From positions 32,843 through 96,842 of the forward strand of contig ONOL01000001.1 of the NCBI GenBank assembly GCA_900319465.1: a stretch of DNA of 64,000 nt, given 5' to 3'. The translations under genes were made by a program, and so were the position numbers. Below are positions 8,008-17,172 of this stretch, piece after piece. This DNA is from an uncultured Eubacteriales bacterium. Its GTDB lineage: Bacteria > Bacillota > Clostridia > Oscillospirales > Oscillospiraceae. The notes under the pieces were generated by a model, which searched no databases, was not told the DNA's origin, and was given only the letters and a program-made list of their open reading frames with translations. How positions within the stretch are numbered: position 1 is the first letter of the stretch; each line of letters starts with the position of its first letter.

Positions 8008-9270
8008 ATGAAAAAGAAAACGAAGATCGTCCTCACGTCCTACGCGCTCGCGGCGCTGACGGCGCTGGGCGGCTGGGCGGCGGCCAAGGACGCGGGGCTC
8101 CGCTACCACCGCGCGGATGCGCAGCATATCTCCGCGCGCGCCTTTGAGGAGACCGTGCGGGCGGTGGACGCGCTCTCGGACGCGCTCGGCAAGAGCCTGT
8201 ACGCCACCGACGGCGGGATGTGCGCGCGCGTCTGCGCCGAGGCCTACGCCGAGGCAAACGCCGCCGAGGGCGCGATGCTGGCGCTCCCCTTCGCGACCCA
8301 GGAGCTGGAGGAGCTCGCCGCCTTCCTGAACGTGGCGGGCGACTACGCCGTCTCCCTCTGCCCCACGGCGGCGCGCGAGGGCTTCGGGGAGGAGGACGTG
8401 GCGCATCTGCGCGCCCTCTCCGCCGCCGCGGCGGATTTTGCCGAAAACCTGCGGCAGATGCAGGCGGATTTGAACGCCGGCGACCTGCGCTTTGACGAGC
8501 GGGAAAAACGGCTTCCCAACGTGGGCGGGGAGCCCGGCGAGCTGCTCTCCGCCCGCCTGCTCGACTACCAGAAGGGTCTTGCGCCGCGCGAGCCGTTCTC
8601 CTACGACGGGCGCTTCGGCTGCGAGGAGAAGAGCCGGGCAGGGTATCTGACCGAGGAGGAGATGCTGCGCGAGGCGGCGAGCTACGCAAACGCCGAGCCC
8701 GAGGCGCTGACGCTCCTGTACCGCTACGAGGGGAGCGAGGGCCGGCGCTGCTACCGCTGCGGGGATCTGTTCCTCTGCGTCAGCCGCTGCGGGGTAGACA
8801 GCATGGCGCAGTCGCGGCTTGTGGGCGAGGCGAAGCTCAGCGAGAAGGAGGCCCGCGCGATCGCCGAGGCCTTCCTTGCCGGGCACGGCTTCGAGGGCCT
8901 CTCCCCCGCCGGGGAAGAAAACAGCGGCACGGTGCTCTCCCTGCGCTACTGCGCCGTGCAGGACGGCGCGGACTGCCCGGACAACACGCTGCAGATCGCC
9001 GTGGCGCTGGACGACGGCTCCATTTACCGCTTCAACGCCGAAAATTACAGCAGCGAGAAGGCCGACGTGAGCTGGAATGTGGATCAGGAGGGCGCCGCCG
9101 AGGCCCTGCCCGCAACGCTCACGGTGCGCGAGACGCGACGGCTCATCTGCAAGAGCGAGGGCAAGCGGGATCTCGCCTGCTACGCCTTCTTCTGCGAGGA
9201 TGAGGACGGGCGCGGCGTGACGGTCTACGTGGACGCCGCCACCGGCAAGCAGTTTCGCATCGAGCTCTGA
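8008..9270 (+). CDS. ypeB: germination protein YpeB-like (PepSY-domain protein)
   Basis: 420 aa from the ATG after the GAGGTG RBS. It has an N-terminal TM segment, then a region following the YpeB pattern (RAFEETVRAVDALSDALGKSLYA...ALPFATQELEELAAFLNVAGDYAVSL). The C-terminus has PepSY-like repeats ending ...YVDAATGKQFRIEL. Confidence 0.65.
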   Translation: MKKKTKIVLTSYALAALTALGGWAAAKDAGLRYHRADAQHISARAFEETVRAVDALSDALGKSLYATDGGMCARVCAEAYAEANAAEGAMLALPFATQELEELAAFLNVAGDYAVSLCPTAAREGFGEEDVAHLRALSAAAADFAENLRQMQADLNAGDLRFDEREKRLPNVGGEPGELLSARLLDYQKGLAPREPFSYDGRFGCEEKSRAGYLTEEEMLREAASYANAEPEALTLLYRYEGSEGRRCYRCGDLFLCVSRCGVDSMAQSRLVGEAKLSEKEARAIAEAFLAGHGFEGLSPAGEENSGTVLSLRYCAVQDGADCPDNTLQIAVALDDGSIYRFNAENYSSEKADVSWNVDQEGAAEALPATLTVRETRRLICKSEGKRDLACYAFFCEDEDGRGVTVYVDAATGKQFRIEL

Positions 9271-9325
9271 CGCGGGCAGCTCCCCTCCGGGAGGGAACCA
9301 TTTTCCCCTCTGTTCGTCATAATCC

Positions 9326-9354
9326 TTGCGTACCCGGCAAAGATAGGGTACAAT
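9326..9354 (+). promoter_or_regulatory. sigma-A-type promoter for the lipoprotein gene
   Basis: TTGCGT, 17 nt, TACAAT. Confidence 0.45.
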
Positions 9355-9386
9355 GAACTGACAAGACGACAGGGAGGGGATCCGGA

Positions 9387-10250
9387 ATGAAGTCTGTAAA
9401 ACGCAGCCTGTGCCTGCTTCTGGCGCTGGCGCTGGCTTTCACGCTGTGCGCCTGCAGCCTCACGCCGCGCATGGCCGTCAGCATGCAGAAGATGGGCAAG
9501 GTGAAAAGCCTGCACAGCGACACCACGGTCGAGATTGAGGCCTCGCTGTCGTTTCTGGGCGAGGAGATGCCGCTCTCCTTTGCGATGCGCATCCTCGGCG
9601 ACCAGCAGAGGGACCCCGCGATGGGTTCCTATGAGATGAGCATGACCGCGATGGGCGTCACGCAGAAGATGCTCCTGTGCAGCGCGCAGGAGGAGGACGG
9701 GAGCTTTACGGTCTATCTCTCCCCGGACGGAGGAAAGAGCTGGGAGAAGAAATCGGTGGATCCCAGGGCGTACGCGGAAAGCGCAGAGAGCACGCCGGAG
9801 CTCAACATCGGGAACGTGCTCAAGCTGGGCGTCAGCCTCGCGAGCCTCTTTGAGGAGGCGGGCACGGTCGACCTGCCGGGGGGCAGGGGCGTCGTCTACG
9901 AGGGCACGATCCCTCCCGAGATCCTGCAGGAGCTCCTGCGCCGCGCAGCCGCATCCGAGAAGCTGAAGGCTGTCTTCCCCATTGAGCTTGACGAAGAGCT
10001 GCTCGCGACGGTCGGCGGCGTCCCCGTCAGGCTGGTCGTGGACGAGCAGAGTGATATGCCTGTGCGCCTGGAGGCGGATCTCACCGAAGCGATGGCCGGC
10101 ATCGTGCCCGGGATCGTGCAGCAGGTGATGGACAGATTCGGCCTTCCCGGCGAAGGGATGGCCATCACGGTCAGCAAGCTCGCCGTGTCGACGGCGCTGT
10201 CCGATTTCGACGAGGCGGTCGTAACGCTGCCGGCCGATATCGCGGCATAA
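9387..10250 (+). CDS. putative lipoprotein of unknown function
   Basis: 287 aa. The signal peptide has a lipobox-like LTLCAC|S (MKSVKRSLCLLLALALAFTLCACS). RBS is GGGAGGGG. Confidence 0.6.
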   Translation: MKSVKRSLCLLLALALAFTLCACSLTPRMAVSMQKMGKVKSLHSDTTVEIEASLSFLGEEMPLSFAMRILGDQQRDPAMGSYEMSMTAMGVTQKMLLCSAQEEDGSFTVYLSPDGGKSWEKKSVDPRAYAESAESTPELNIGNVLKLGVSLASLFEEAGTVDLPGGRGVVYEGTIPPEILQELLRRAAASEKLKAVFPIELDEELLATVGGVPVRLVVDEQSDMPVRLEADLTEAMAGIVPGIVQQVMDRFGLPGEGMAITVSKLAVSTALSDFDEAVVTLPADIAA

Positions 10251-10267
10251 GCGGAGGAACACAGAAA

Positions 10268-10295
10268 ACAGGGAGGCGTGAAAACGCCTCCCTGT
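10268..10295. terminator. hairpin terminator between convergent genes
   Basis: ACAGGGAGGCG-TGAAAA-CGCCTCCCTGT (11-bp stem). The U-tract is weak. Confidence 0.55.
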
Positions 10296-10311
10296 TCAAG
10301 CTGTTTATGGC

Positions 10312-11424
10312 TTACTTTCCGTCCCGGCCGGTCAGATCCTTCAGCTTTTCGCTGAGGGTGGCCGCGGCGCTGCCGCCCGCGCGCAGCGCGCTCTCGCCCG
10401 CTTTACGGGCGGTTTCCGCCGCCTTCTTTGCGTTTTCCGTGACGAGGTTTTTGGTCTTCTGGAAGCTCTCGCTGCCGGTCAGGCCCTTGAGGGCGTTTTC
10501 GCCCACCTTCATGGCTTCCTTGAGCCCGCCGGTGATGCCCTCGTTGCCGTAGCTGCGCACGCCCTCCTCGCTCTCGAAGAAGAGCGCCAGCGCGCCGGGG
10601 CCGACGTGGCAGCCGGTGACCGGCTCGTAGTCGGCGAGCAGGATCTGCTTCGGCGGGCGGTTCCTGTTCAGCAGGGCCACCAACTCGTCCGCATCCTCCC
10701 GGCAGGCCGCGTGCACCACGCCCACGATCTGCTCCTCCGGCGCGACGACCAGCTTGTCGTACATGGCGGCCAGCGCCTCCACGGACTTTTTGCGGCCGCG
10801 CAGCTTGCCGAAGGCGACGATCTTGCCCTCCTCGTTGCCCTTGAGCAGGGGCTTGATGTTGAGCACCGTGCCCACGATGGCCGAGAGGTTGGAGAGCCTG
10901 CCGCCGCGGCGCAGGTGCATCAGATCGTCCACCGTAAAGACGTTGAACATCTTCTCCACATGCTCCTCCAGGACGGCGACGGCCTCCGCCGTGTCCACGC
11001 CCCGGTCCCGCAGCTCAGCCGCGCGCAGGGCGATGATGCCCTCGCCGAGAGCGGCGCCGCGGGTGTCGATGACGGCGACCGTGCGCTCGGGGTATTTCTC
11101 CCTGAGCATCTCCGCGCCGATGCGCGCGGAATTGCAGGAGCCGGAGATGCCCGAGGACATCGCCACATAGATCACGTCCTGCCCCGCGCTCACGTAGGGC
11201 TCGAAAAAGTCCAAATACTGCTGGGGGGAGATCTGCGAGGTGGTCACCCGCAGGCCGCGCTTGATGCGGCCGTAGAAATCCTCCGCGTCAAAGCTGTCGG
11301 TATCCAGGCAGGTGTGCTCCTGCCCGTCATACAGATAGGTTAAAGGGATCACCTGCAGACCGTAGTCCCGGATCTGTTCGTTCAAAAGATTGCCTGATGT
11401 ATCGGTCAGGACTGCAAAGCTCAT
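10312..11424 (-). CDS. DegV-family fatty-acid-binding protein with a C-terminal extension
   Basis: 370 aa from the ATG at 11424 (MSFAVLTDTSGNL...). A typical DegV core of ~285 aa is followed by an ~85-aa Ala/Lys/Glu-rich low-complexity tail. Confidence 0.85.
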   Translation of the reverse strand: MSFAVLTDTSGNLLNEQIRDYGLQVIPLTYLYDGQEHTCLDTDSFDAEDFYGRIKRGLRVTTSQISPQQYLDFFEPYVSAGQDVIYVAMSSGISGSCNSARIGAEMLREKYPERTVAVIDTRGAALGEGIIALRAAELRDRGVDTAEAVAVLEEHVEKMFNVFTVDDLMHLRRGGRLSNLSAIVGTVLNIKPLLKGNEEGKIVAFGKLRGRKKSVEALAAMYDKLVVAPEEQIVGVVHAACREDADELVALLNRNRPPKQILLADYEPVTGCHVGPGALALFFESEEGVRSYGNEGITGGLKEAMKVGENALKGLTGSESFQKTKNLVTENAKKAAETARKAGESALRAGGSAAATLSEKLKDLTGRDGK

Positions 11425-11499
11425 GGGGTCTGTCCTCCGTTGTCGTTGTCGGAAATGGATTCCGCATAGCATACCGCGGCGTTACTCCGCTATGTGCTT

Positions 11500-11528
11500 A
11501 TTGTACCCGGCGGGCGGGAAAGGGGCAA
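11500..11528 (-). promoter_or_regulatory. sigma-A-type promoter for degV
   Basis: Minus strand: TTGCCC, 17 nt, TACAAT. Confidence 0.4.
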
Positions 11529-11580
11529 GCTACTGGGCCTCTCCCCTTCCCTACACCTGCCCGCCCTCCGGTAGAATCCG

Positions 11581-11618
11581 AAAAACCGGACTCTACTCTG
11601 AGTAGAGTCCGGTTTTTT
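11581..11618 (-). terminator. rho-independent terminator of pepF (symmetric A-run and T-run)
   Basis: AAAAA-CCGGACTCTACT-CTG-AGTAGAGTCCGG-TTTTTT. Perfect 12-bp stem. Confidence 0.8.
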
Positions 11619-11678
11619 CACGGCTTTGCGGGCTGATTGCACAGTTTTCCGGCAGGGCCACGCGCGGCGGCCCGCTTT

Positions 11679-13481
11679 TCACTCGCAGAGCTTCTCCATC
11701 TCCCCGAGCAGCTCGCCGAAGAGGCCGAGCGCGGCGTTCACCGGCTCGGGCGAGGACATATCCACCCCCGCGATCCGGAGTAGCGCGATGGGGTCGGCGC
11801 TGCTGCCGCCGGAGAGGAAGCGCTTGTAATCCGCAACCGCGCTCTCGCCCTCCGCGAGGATGCGGTTGGCGATGGCGACGGCCGCGGAGAAGCCGGTCGC
11901 ATACTGGAAGACGTAGTAGTTGTAGAAGAAGTGGGGGATGCGCGTCCACTCATAGGCGATCTGCGGATCGGACACCATGTCCGGCCCGAAGTAGCGCTTG
12001 TTGAGCGCAAGGTATTTCCCGCTCAGGCTCTCGGCGGTCAGCGCCTCGCCCCGTTCGGCCATGCGCCCCATCTCCAGCTCGAACTCGGCAAACATGGTCT
12101 GGCGGTAGATGGTGCCCTTGAACTGGTCGAGGAAGTGGTTGATGAGATAGGCCCGCTCCTTTTTGTCCGCGGTTTTGCCGAGCAGATAGCGCATGAGCAG
12201 CACCTCGTTGCAGGTGGAGGCCACCTCGGCCACGAAGATCACATAGTCGCTCGTGCAGACGGGCTGGTACTTTGTGCTGTGGTAGCTGTGCAGCGCGTGG
12301 CCCATCTCGTGCGCGAGCGTGAACATGCTGTCGAGCGTGTCCTTCTGGTTCAGAAGCACGTAGGGGTGCGGGCGGGCCGTGCCGGAGGAGTAGGCGCCGC
12401 CGCGCTTGCCGACGTTCTCATACACGTCGATCCAGCGGTTTTCAAAGCCCTCCCTCAGAAGCGCCGTGTAGTCCTCCCCGAGGACGGAGAGCGCGTCGAG
12501 CACGGTGGCCTTCGCCTCCTCGAAGGGGATCGTCCGCGCGCTGTCGGGGACGACGGGGGTATACACGTCGTACATATGCAGCTCCTCCACCCCGAGCAGC
12601 TTCTTGCGCAGGGCGACGTAGCGGTACATCTTATCCAGATTCGCGTGCACGGCCTCGATGAGCTTTGTGTAGACCTCCACGGGCACCTCCGTGCGGTCGA
12701 GGGCGGCCTCGAGCGTGCTGGCGTAGCCCCTCGCGTCGGCGAAGAAGCGCAGCTGCTTGAACTGCGCGTCCAGTGCGGCGGCCAGCGTATTCTTCATCTC
12801 CGAGAAGCGCTCGTAGAGCTTCTCAAAAGCGTCCCGGCGCAGGGTGCGGTCCGCGCTCTCGAGCAGGAGGCCGTAGGAGCCGTTCGTCAGGGTATGGCGG
12901 TTGCCCTCGCTGTCGATCGCGTCGGCAAAGCGCAGGTCCCCGTCGCGCAGGGCGTTGCCGATGTTGTCGGGCGCGTCGGCCATCTCCCCGGCCGCGGCCA
13001 GCAGGCGCTCCTCCGCGGGGGAGAGGATATGGGCCGCGCGGCGGCGGATCTGGTAGAGGCTGCGGCGATAGGTCTCCAGCCCGGGCTGGGCGATATAGAA
13101 AAGGTTCAGGGTGTCCTCGTCGATGGCCATGATCTCCGGCGCGGCAAAGGCCGAGGCGCTGGACGCCGCCACCAGCGTGGCGATGGCTTTGCCCCGCATA
13201 TCCTGGCAGCTTCCGTTGCCGGTGTCCTGGTCGGCCTTGCAGCCGGCGTAGCCGAAGAGCATACCGAGGCGCACTTCCAGCTCGTCCTCAAGCCGGAAGT
13301 ACGCGAGCAGGGCCTCCGCGCTCTCGCCCAGGCGCCCCTTGAAGGCGGCAATGCGCTCCGGCATCGCCTTCAGCGCCTCGTATTCCGCGAACCACTTTTC
13401 GTCGCTCTCGTACATATCCTGCAGGTTCCAGGTAAATTCCTCCGGCACTTGTTCGCGTGTCGGAATGTTCTTGTGATCCAT
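11679..13481 (-). CDS. pepF: oligoendopeptidase F (M3B family)
   Basis: 600 aa from the ATG at 13481 (MDHKNIPTREQVPEEFTWNLQDMY...). The zinc motif is HEMGHALHS. Confidence 0.9.
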   Translation of the reverse strand: MDHKNIPTREQVPEEFTWNLQDMYESDEKWFAEYEALKAMPERIAAFKGRLGESAEALLAYFRLEDELEVRLGMLFGYAGCKADQDTGNGSCQDMRGKAIATLVAASSASAFAAPEIMAIDEDTLNLFYIAQPGLETYRRSLYQIRRRAAHILSPAEERLLAAAGEMADAPDNIGNALRDGDLRFADAIDSEGNRHTLTNGSYGLLLESADRTLRRDAFEKLYERFSEMKNTLAAALDAQFKQLRFFADARGYASTLEAALDRTEVPVEVYTKLIEAVHANLDKMYRYVALRKKLLGVEELHMYDVYTPVVPDSARTIPFEEAKATVLDALSVLGEDYTALLREGFENRWIDVYENVGKRGGAYSSGTARPHPYVLLNQKDTLDSMFTLAHEMGHALHSYHSTKYQPVCTSDYVIFVAEVASTCNEVLLMRYLLGKTADKKERAYLINHFLDQFKGTIYRQTMFAEFELEMGRMAERGEALTAESLSGKYLALNKRYFGPDMVSDPQIAYEWTRIPHFFYNYYVFQYATGFSAAVAIANRILAEGESAVADYKRFLSGGSSADPIALLRIAGVDMSSPEPVNAALGLFGELLGEMEKLCE

Positions 13482-13518
13482 GCAAACGATCCTCCGTATC
13501 CTGTGATTATGCGCTTCC

Positions 13519-13547
13519 AGTATACCACAGGATGGCCGTCCCCGCAA
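13519..13547 (-). promoter_or_regulatory. sigma-A-type promoter for pepF
   Basis: Minus strand: TTGCGG, 17 nt, TATACT with a TGg extended -10. Confidence 0.45.
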
Positions 13548-13664
13548 GGGAGGCCCCTCACAATTCAGCGGGGGGCTTCGACACGAAAGCCGCGCCTGTT
13601 TTCCCCGGCCGGGGCCGAAAGAGCGCCCGCGGCGCCGGACGCGGCAAAAACTTTGGCGCAGCCC

Positions 13665-13692
13665 TTGCAAAACGGTCGAAGCGTGGTAGAAT
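13665..13692 (+). promoter_or_regulatory. sigma-A-type promoter for the serine hydrolase gene
   Basis: TTGCAA, 16 nt, TAGAAT with a TGg extended -10. Confidence 0.45.
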
Positions 13693-13722
13693 GGGAATAC
13701 TCGTTACCATAGGGAGAAGACC

Positions 13723-15441
13723 ATGAAGCTGCTGAAAACGCTGATCTCCGCCGCGCTGATCCTGTGCGTGCTGCTGTCCCCCGCGCCTGCCGCCCTGGCC
13801 AAGGACGGCGACCCCCGCTTCGACGGGAAAACCTGGGAGGAGGTCGTGGAGGATTTCAACGCCCGCCTCGGCATCGGCGAGCGCAACGCGGCCTACGGCT
13901 ACCGCAACACCGTCACCGGCGAGGAGCACTTCTTCAACGCCGACCAGTATATGGTCTCCGCCAGCATGTACAAGGTGCCGCTGAACATGATCGTGGCCGA
14001 AAAGGTCTACGAGGGGGACATCTCCTTCGACACGCTGATCGGCGGCCTGAGCTACCGGCAGCTGCAGGAGGGCAGCATCATCCATTCGGATAACGACTTT
14101 GCCCGCGTCCTCTGGATGTATGTGGGCAGCGGCGTCTACCGCTCGTACCGGCGCGTGATCGCCCCGCTGATGGGCGAGGACGCGGACACGGTGGATCCCC
14201 AGTTCTATGTGAACAACTACTTCACGCCCCGGCAGATGATCCACTGTCTGAACGAGCTTTACACCAACGCCGAGCGCTACCCCGGCGTCATCGAATGCAT
14301 GAAGCAGGCGGAGCCCACGGAGTATTTCCGCCGCAGCGAGAACCGCTACGAGATCGCCCACAAGTACGGCTTCTGGGAAGACGCCACCCTGCATATGAAC
14401 GACTGCGCGATCGTCTATACGGACGAGCCGATTCTGATCGTCTGCTTCACCGACGGGCTGCACAACGCCTATCAGGTGCTGGCGGAGTTCTGTACGCTGA
14501 TGTGCGATTACGCCCAGTACGAGCTGGCACACCGCAAGCCCGCGGAGGGCGCGGCGGAGCGGGCGCTGGAGGGGCTTTCCCTGCCCCGTCTGCAGACGCA
14601 GGCGGAGACGCCGCTGCCCCAGCCCGTCCCCACGCCGGAGCCCACGGAGCCGCCCGTTGAGCAGAGCGCCGCGCAGGAGGCGGCCGCCGTTCCGCCCTGG
14701 ATCTGGATCGCCGCCGCGGCGGGGCTCGGGCTCGTGTTCGTGCTCTGCGCGCTCGGCCGCAGGAAGCTGCGCAGGAAGCGGCTGCTCGCCGGGCTCCTGT
14801 CCCTGCTGCTCGCCGCCGGCGCGGGCGGGATCGCCTGGATGAGCCTCTCCCCCGCCGCCCTGAACGGCGCGGACAGGCTCCTTCCCGCCATGGCCGTCCC
14901 CTCGGAGGAGCCGGAGCCGCCCGTCCCCGATCCCGGGGAGTTCGTGATGAGCTTCTTCGACGCGCTGGAGCTGCGGGACTATAAGAAGTTCTACGCCATG
15001 CTCGACGGCTATGCCAGCCTGGGGCTGGAGCAGGCGCAGGAGGACGCGGTCGGAAGCGTGTTTATCGAAGCGCTGAAGGACAGCTATTCTTACCGCCTGG
15101 TGGGCGAGAGCCGGATCGACGGAGAGCTGGCCGAGCAGGACGTGACGCTGCGCTCGCTGGATCTGAACGCGGCCGAGCAGGTCCTGCGCGAGGAGGCGCG
15201 CCGCCAGCTCGACCGGATCACTGAAGAGCGGAGTTACCCCGAGCTCTGCGACGAAAACGGCGATTACAAGCCGGAAGTCGCGCAGGAGGCCGTCAACGCC
15301 GCCGTTTCGGAGCTCTCCGCCCGGATCGCGGACTGCTGCGCCGAACGCACGCTCACGCTGCATCTCATTTACAGCGACGGCTGGCACGTGCGCGGCGAGG
15401 ACGCGCTGGTGAACGCCGTGACCGGCGTCGGCTCCGACTGA
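13723..15441 (+). CDS. secreted class-A beta-lactamase-fold serine hydrolase with a central TM region and a C-terminal domain of unknown function
   Basis: 572 aa with a signal peptide. SxxK is present (SASMYK) and an SDN-like motif (HSDND). A Pro/Glu-rich linker is followed by two hydrophobic segments (WIWIAAAAGLGLVFVLCAL and LLAGLLSLLLAAGAGGIAW), then a ~190-aa domain. Confidence 0.65.
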   Translation: MKLLKTLISAALILCVLLSPAPAALAKDGDPRFDGKTWEEVVEDFNARLGIGERNAAYGYRNTVTGEEHFFNADQYMVSASMYKVPLNMIVAEKVYEGDISFDTLIGGLSYRQLQEGSIIHSDNDFARVLWMYVGSGVYRSYRRVIAPLMGEDADTVDPQFYVNNYFTPRQMIHCLNELYTNAERYPGVIECMKQAEPTEYFRRSENRYEIAHKYGFWEDATLHMNDCAIVYTDEPILIVCFTDGLHNAYQVLAEFCTLMCDYAQYELAHRKPAEGAAERALEGLSLPRLQTQAETPLPQPVPTPEPTEPPVEQSAAQEAAAVPPWIWIAAAAGLGLVFVLCALGRRKLRRKRLLAGLLSLLLAAGAGGIAWMSLSPAALNGADRLLPAMAVPSEEPEPPVPDPGEFVMSFFDALELRDYKKFYAMLDGYASLGLEQAQEDAVGSVFIEALKDSYSYRLVGESRIDGELAEQDVTLRSLDLNAAEQVLREEARRQLDRITEERSYPELCDENGDYKPEVAQEAVNAAVSELSARIADCCAERTLTLHLIYSDGWHVRGEDALVNAVTGVGSD

Positions 15442-15461
15442 TTCCTTCCCAAAAAGAAAAA

Positions 15462-15490
15462 GGGAGCTTTCTTTGAAAGTTCCCTTTTTT
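15462..15490 (+). terminator. rho-independent terminator
   Basis: GGGAGCTTTC-TTT-GAAAGTTCCC (one mismatch) followed by TTTTTT. Confidence 0.6.
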
Positions 15491-15526
15491 ATGCGTTTTT
15501 ATGCGGAAAACCCGGCCGCGCCCGTT

Positions 15527-16252
15527 TCAGTCTCCGTGCCCTGCGTAGCGGAAGGGCAGCTCCATACGGTTGGCCTCCAGCAGCGCCCGGTCCCGCAGGA
15601 CCTTCTCCGCCGGGCCGTCGGCCGCGATGCGGCCGTTCGACAGCAGGATCACCCGGCTGCAGGTATCCAGGATCATGTCGAGATCGTGGGAGGTGATGAG
15701 CTTCGTCTGCTTCAGCTCCCGGATCGTGTTGATGACGATGCGCCGGTTGTAGGGGTCGAGCGCGGCGGAGGGCTCGTCCATCAGGATCGCCTCCGGCTCC
15801 ATGGCAAGGATCGTGGCGATGGCGGCCATGCGCTTTTCCCCGCCGGAGATCCTGTGGTTGTGGCGGTGCTTGAGCTCCGTGAGATGCAGCCGTTCGAGCA
15901 CCCCGTCCACGCGGCGCTCCGCTTCCTCCCGGCTCAGGCCGTAGTTGAGGGGCGCGAAGATCATGTCCTCGTACACGGTGGGCATGAACATCTGGTTGTC
16001 GGAGTTCTGCAGCACGAAGCCCAGCTTGCGCCGGATCTTCGCGAGATTCTCCTTCTTCACCGGCTCACCGTCCACAAGGATCGTGCCCTCGCCGGTCAGC
16101 AGGCCGAGCAGCAGCTTCATGACCGTGGACTTGCCCGCGCCGTTTGCGCCGATCAGGCCGACGGATTCCCCGTCCCCGATGGAAAAGGACAGGTCCCGCA
16201 GAACCGGCCGCCCCTTTTCGTAGGCAAAGCTCACATGCTGAAATTCGATCAT
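15527..16252 (-). CDS. cbiO: ECF transporter ATPase (CbiO-type)
   Basis: 241 aa from the ATG at 16252 (MIEFQHVSFAY...). Walker A is GANGAGKST, signature is ISGGEKR, Walker B is ILMDEP. A GAGGTGA RBS lies inside the end of cbiQ. Confidence 0.85.
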   Translation of the reverse strand: MIEFQHVSFAYEKGRPVLRDLSFSIGDGESVGLIGANGAGKSTVMKLLLGLLTGEGTILVDGEPVKKENLAKIRRKLGFVLQNSDNQMFMPTVYEDMIFAPLNYGLSREEAERRVDGVLERLHLTELKHRHNHRISGGEKRMAAIATILAMEPEAILMDEPSAALDPYNRRIVINTIRELKQTKLITSHDLDMILDTCSRVILLSNGRIAADGPAEKVLRDRALLEANRMELPFRYAGHGD

Positions 16253-16257
16253 CCGTC

Positions 16258-17061
16258 TCACCTCACGATCAGACCGCCCGCGATCCGCGCCACCGGGACC
16301 AGCCGCAGCAGCAGGAAGGCCGCGAGACAGCCCAGCAGATACAGCCCGTCCTTCCGGGAGAAGGCGCGGATATCGGCGTAATGAAAATGCTCATGGTAGC
16401 CCCGCAGCATCATGCTGCCGTAGAGCTCCTGCGCCCGGTCCATGCTCCGGAGCAGGAGCTGCCCCAGGAAGGAGCCCCAGGCGGATACGTGGATGCCCTT
16501 CTGCCCCGGCGCGCGCAGATGGTAGGCGTCGGTCATGACGGCAAGCTCCTCCGTCATCACGCCCACATAGCGATAGGTCAGCAGCAGAAGCGTCACCAGC
16601 ATCGCGGGGACGTGCAGCCTGCGCAGCGCGGCGCAGAGGGAGTCGATGGGCGTCGTGGCCATCAGCAGGAAGGAGGCCATCAGGCACAGCACGCCCTTGA
16701 GCATCAGCGTCAGCATGGACGCCACGCCGCCGGACACGGCGACGCCTCCCACGCTCAGCAGCGGCGCGCGGTCGAACAAGGGGTTGAAGAGCCCCACCGC
16801 CATCACCAGCGGCAGCACGATCCGGAGCTTGTAAAAGCAGGTGCGCAGCGAGACGCCGCCCACCTGAAACAGCAGCACCGGCCAGAGGAGCATCGGGATC
16901 AGCCCCGTCAGGTCGTACTTGGGGAAAGAGACCGCGGTGAGGATATATGCGATTGTGCTCAGCAGCTTCGCCGCCGGATGCAGGCGGTGAAGGGGGGAGG
17001 CCCCCGCTGCCAGCTCGTCCATTTCCCCGAGCTCGTGCAGCGCCTTTTCCATCTTGTTCAT
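16258..17061 (-). CDS. cbiQ: ECF transporter transmembrane (T) component, CbiQ family
   Basis: 267 aa from the ATG at 17061: MNKMEKALHELGEMDELAAGASPLHRLHPAAKLL... The protein is polytopic, with the LHRLxP start typical of CbiQ. Confidence 0.8.
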   Translation of the reverse strand: MNKMEKALHELGEMDELAAGASPLHRLHPAAKLLSTIAYILTAVSFPKYDLTGLIPMLLWPVLLFQVGGVSLRTCFYKLRIVLPLVMAVGLFNPLFDRAPLLSVGGVAVSGGVASMLTLMLKGVLCLMASFLLMATTPIDSLCAALRRLHVPAMLVTLLLLTYRYVGVMTEELAVMTDAYHLRAPGQKGIHVSAWGSFLGQLLLRSMDRAQELYGSMMLRGYHEHFHYADIRAFSRKDGLYLLGCLAAFLLLRLVPVARIAGGLIVR

Positions 17062-17120
17062 AGGCTTCGTTCCGTTGTGTGAAATCGCTTGTATTATAGC
17101 CTTTTGCCGGCGGGATTGCA

Positions 17121-17157
17121 AGAAGCAGGGGATGTGCGCGCCACATCCCCTGCTTCT
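17121..17157 (-). other. intercistronic GC hairpin between cbiM and cbiQ
   Basis: AGAAGCAGGGGATGTG-GCGCG-CACATCCCCTGCTTCT-type palindrome with ~16-bp arms and no U-tract. Confidence 0.5.
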
Positions 17158-17172
17158 TCAATTGCCCGCGCT

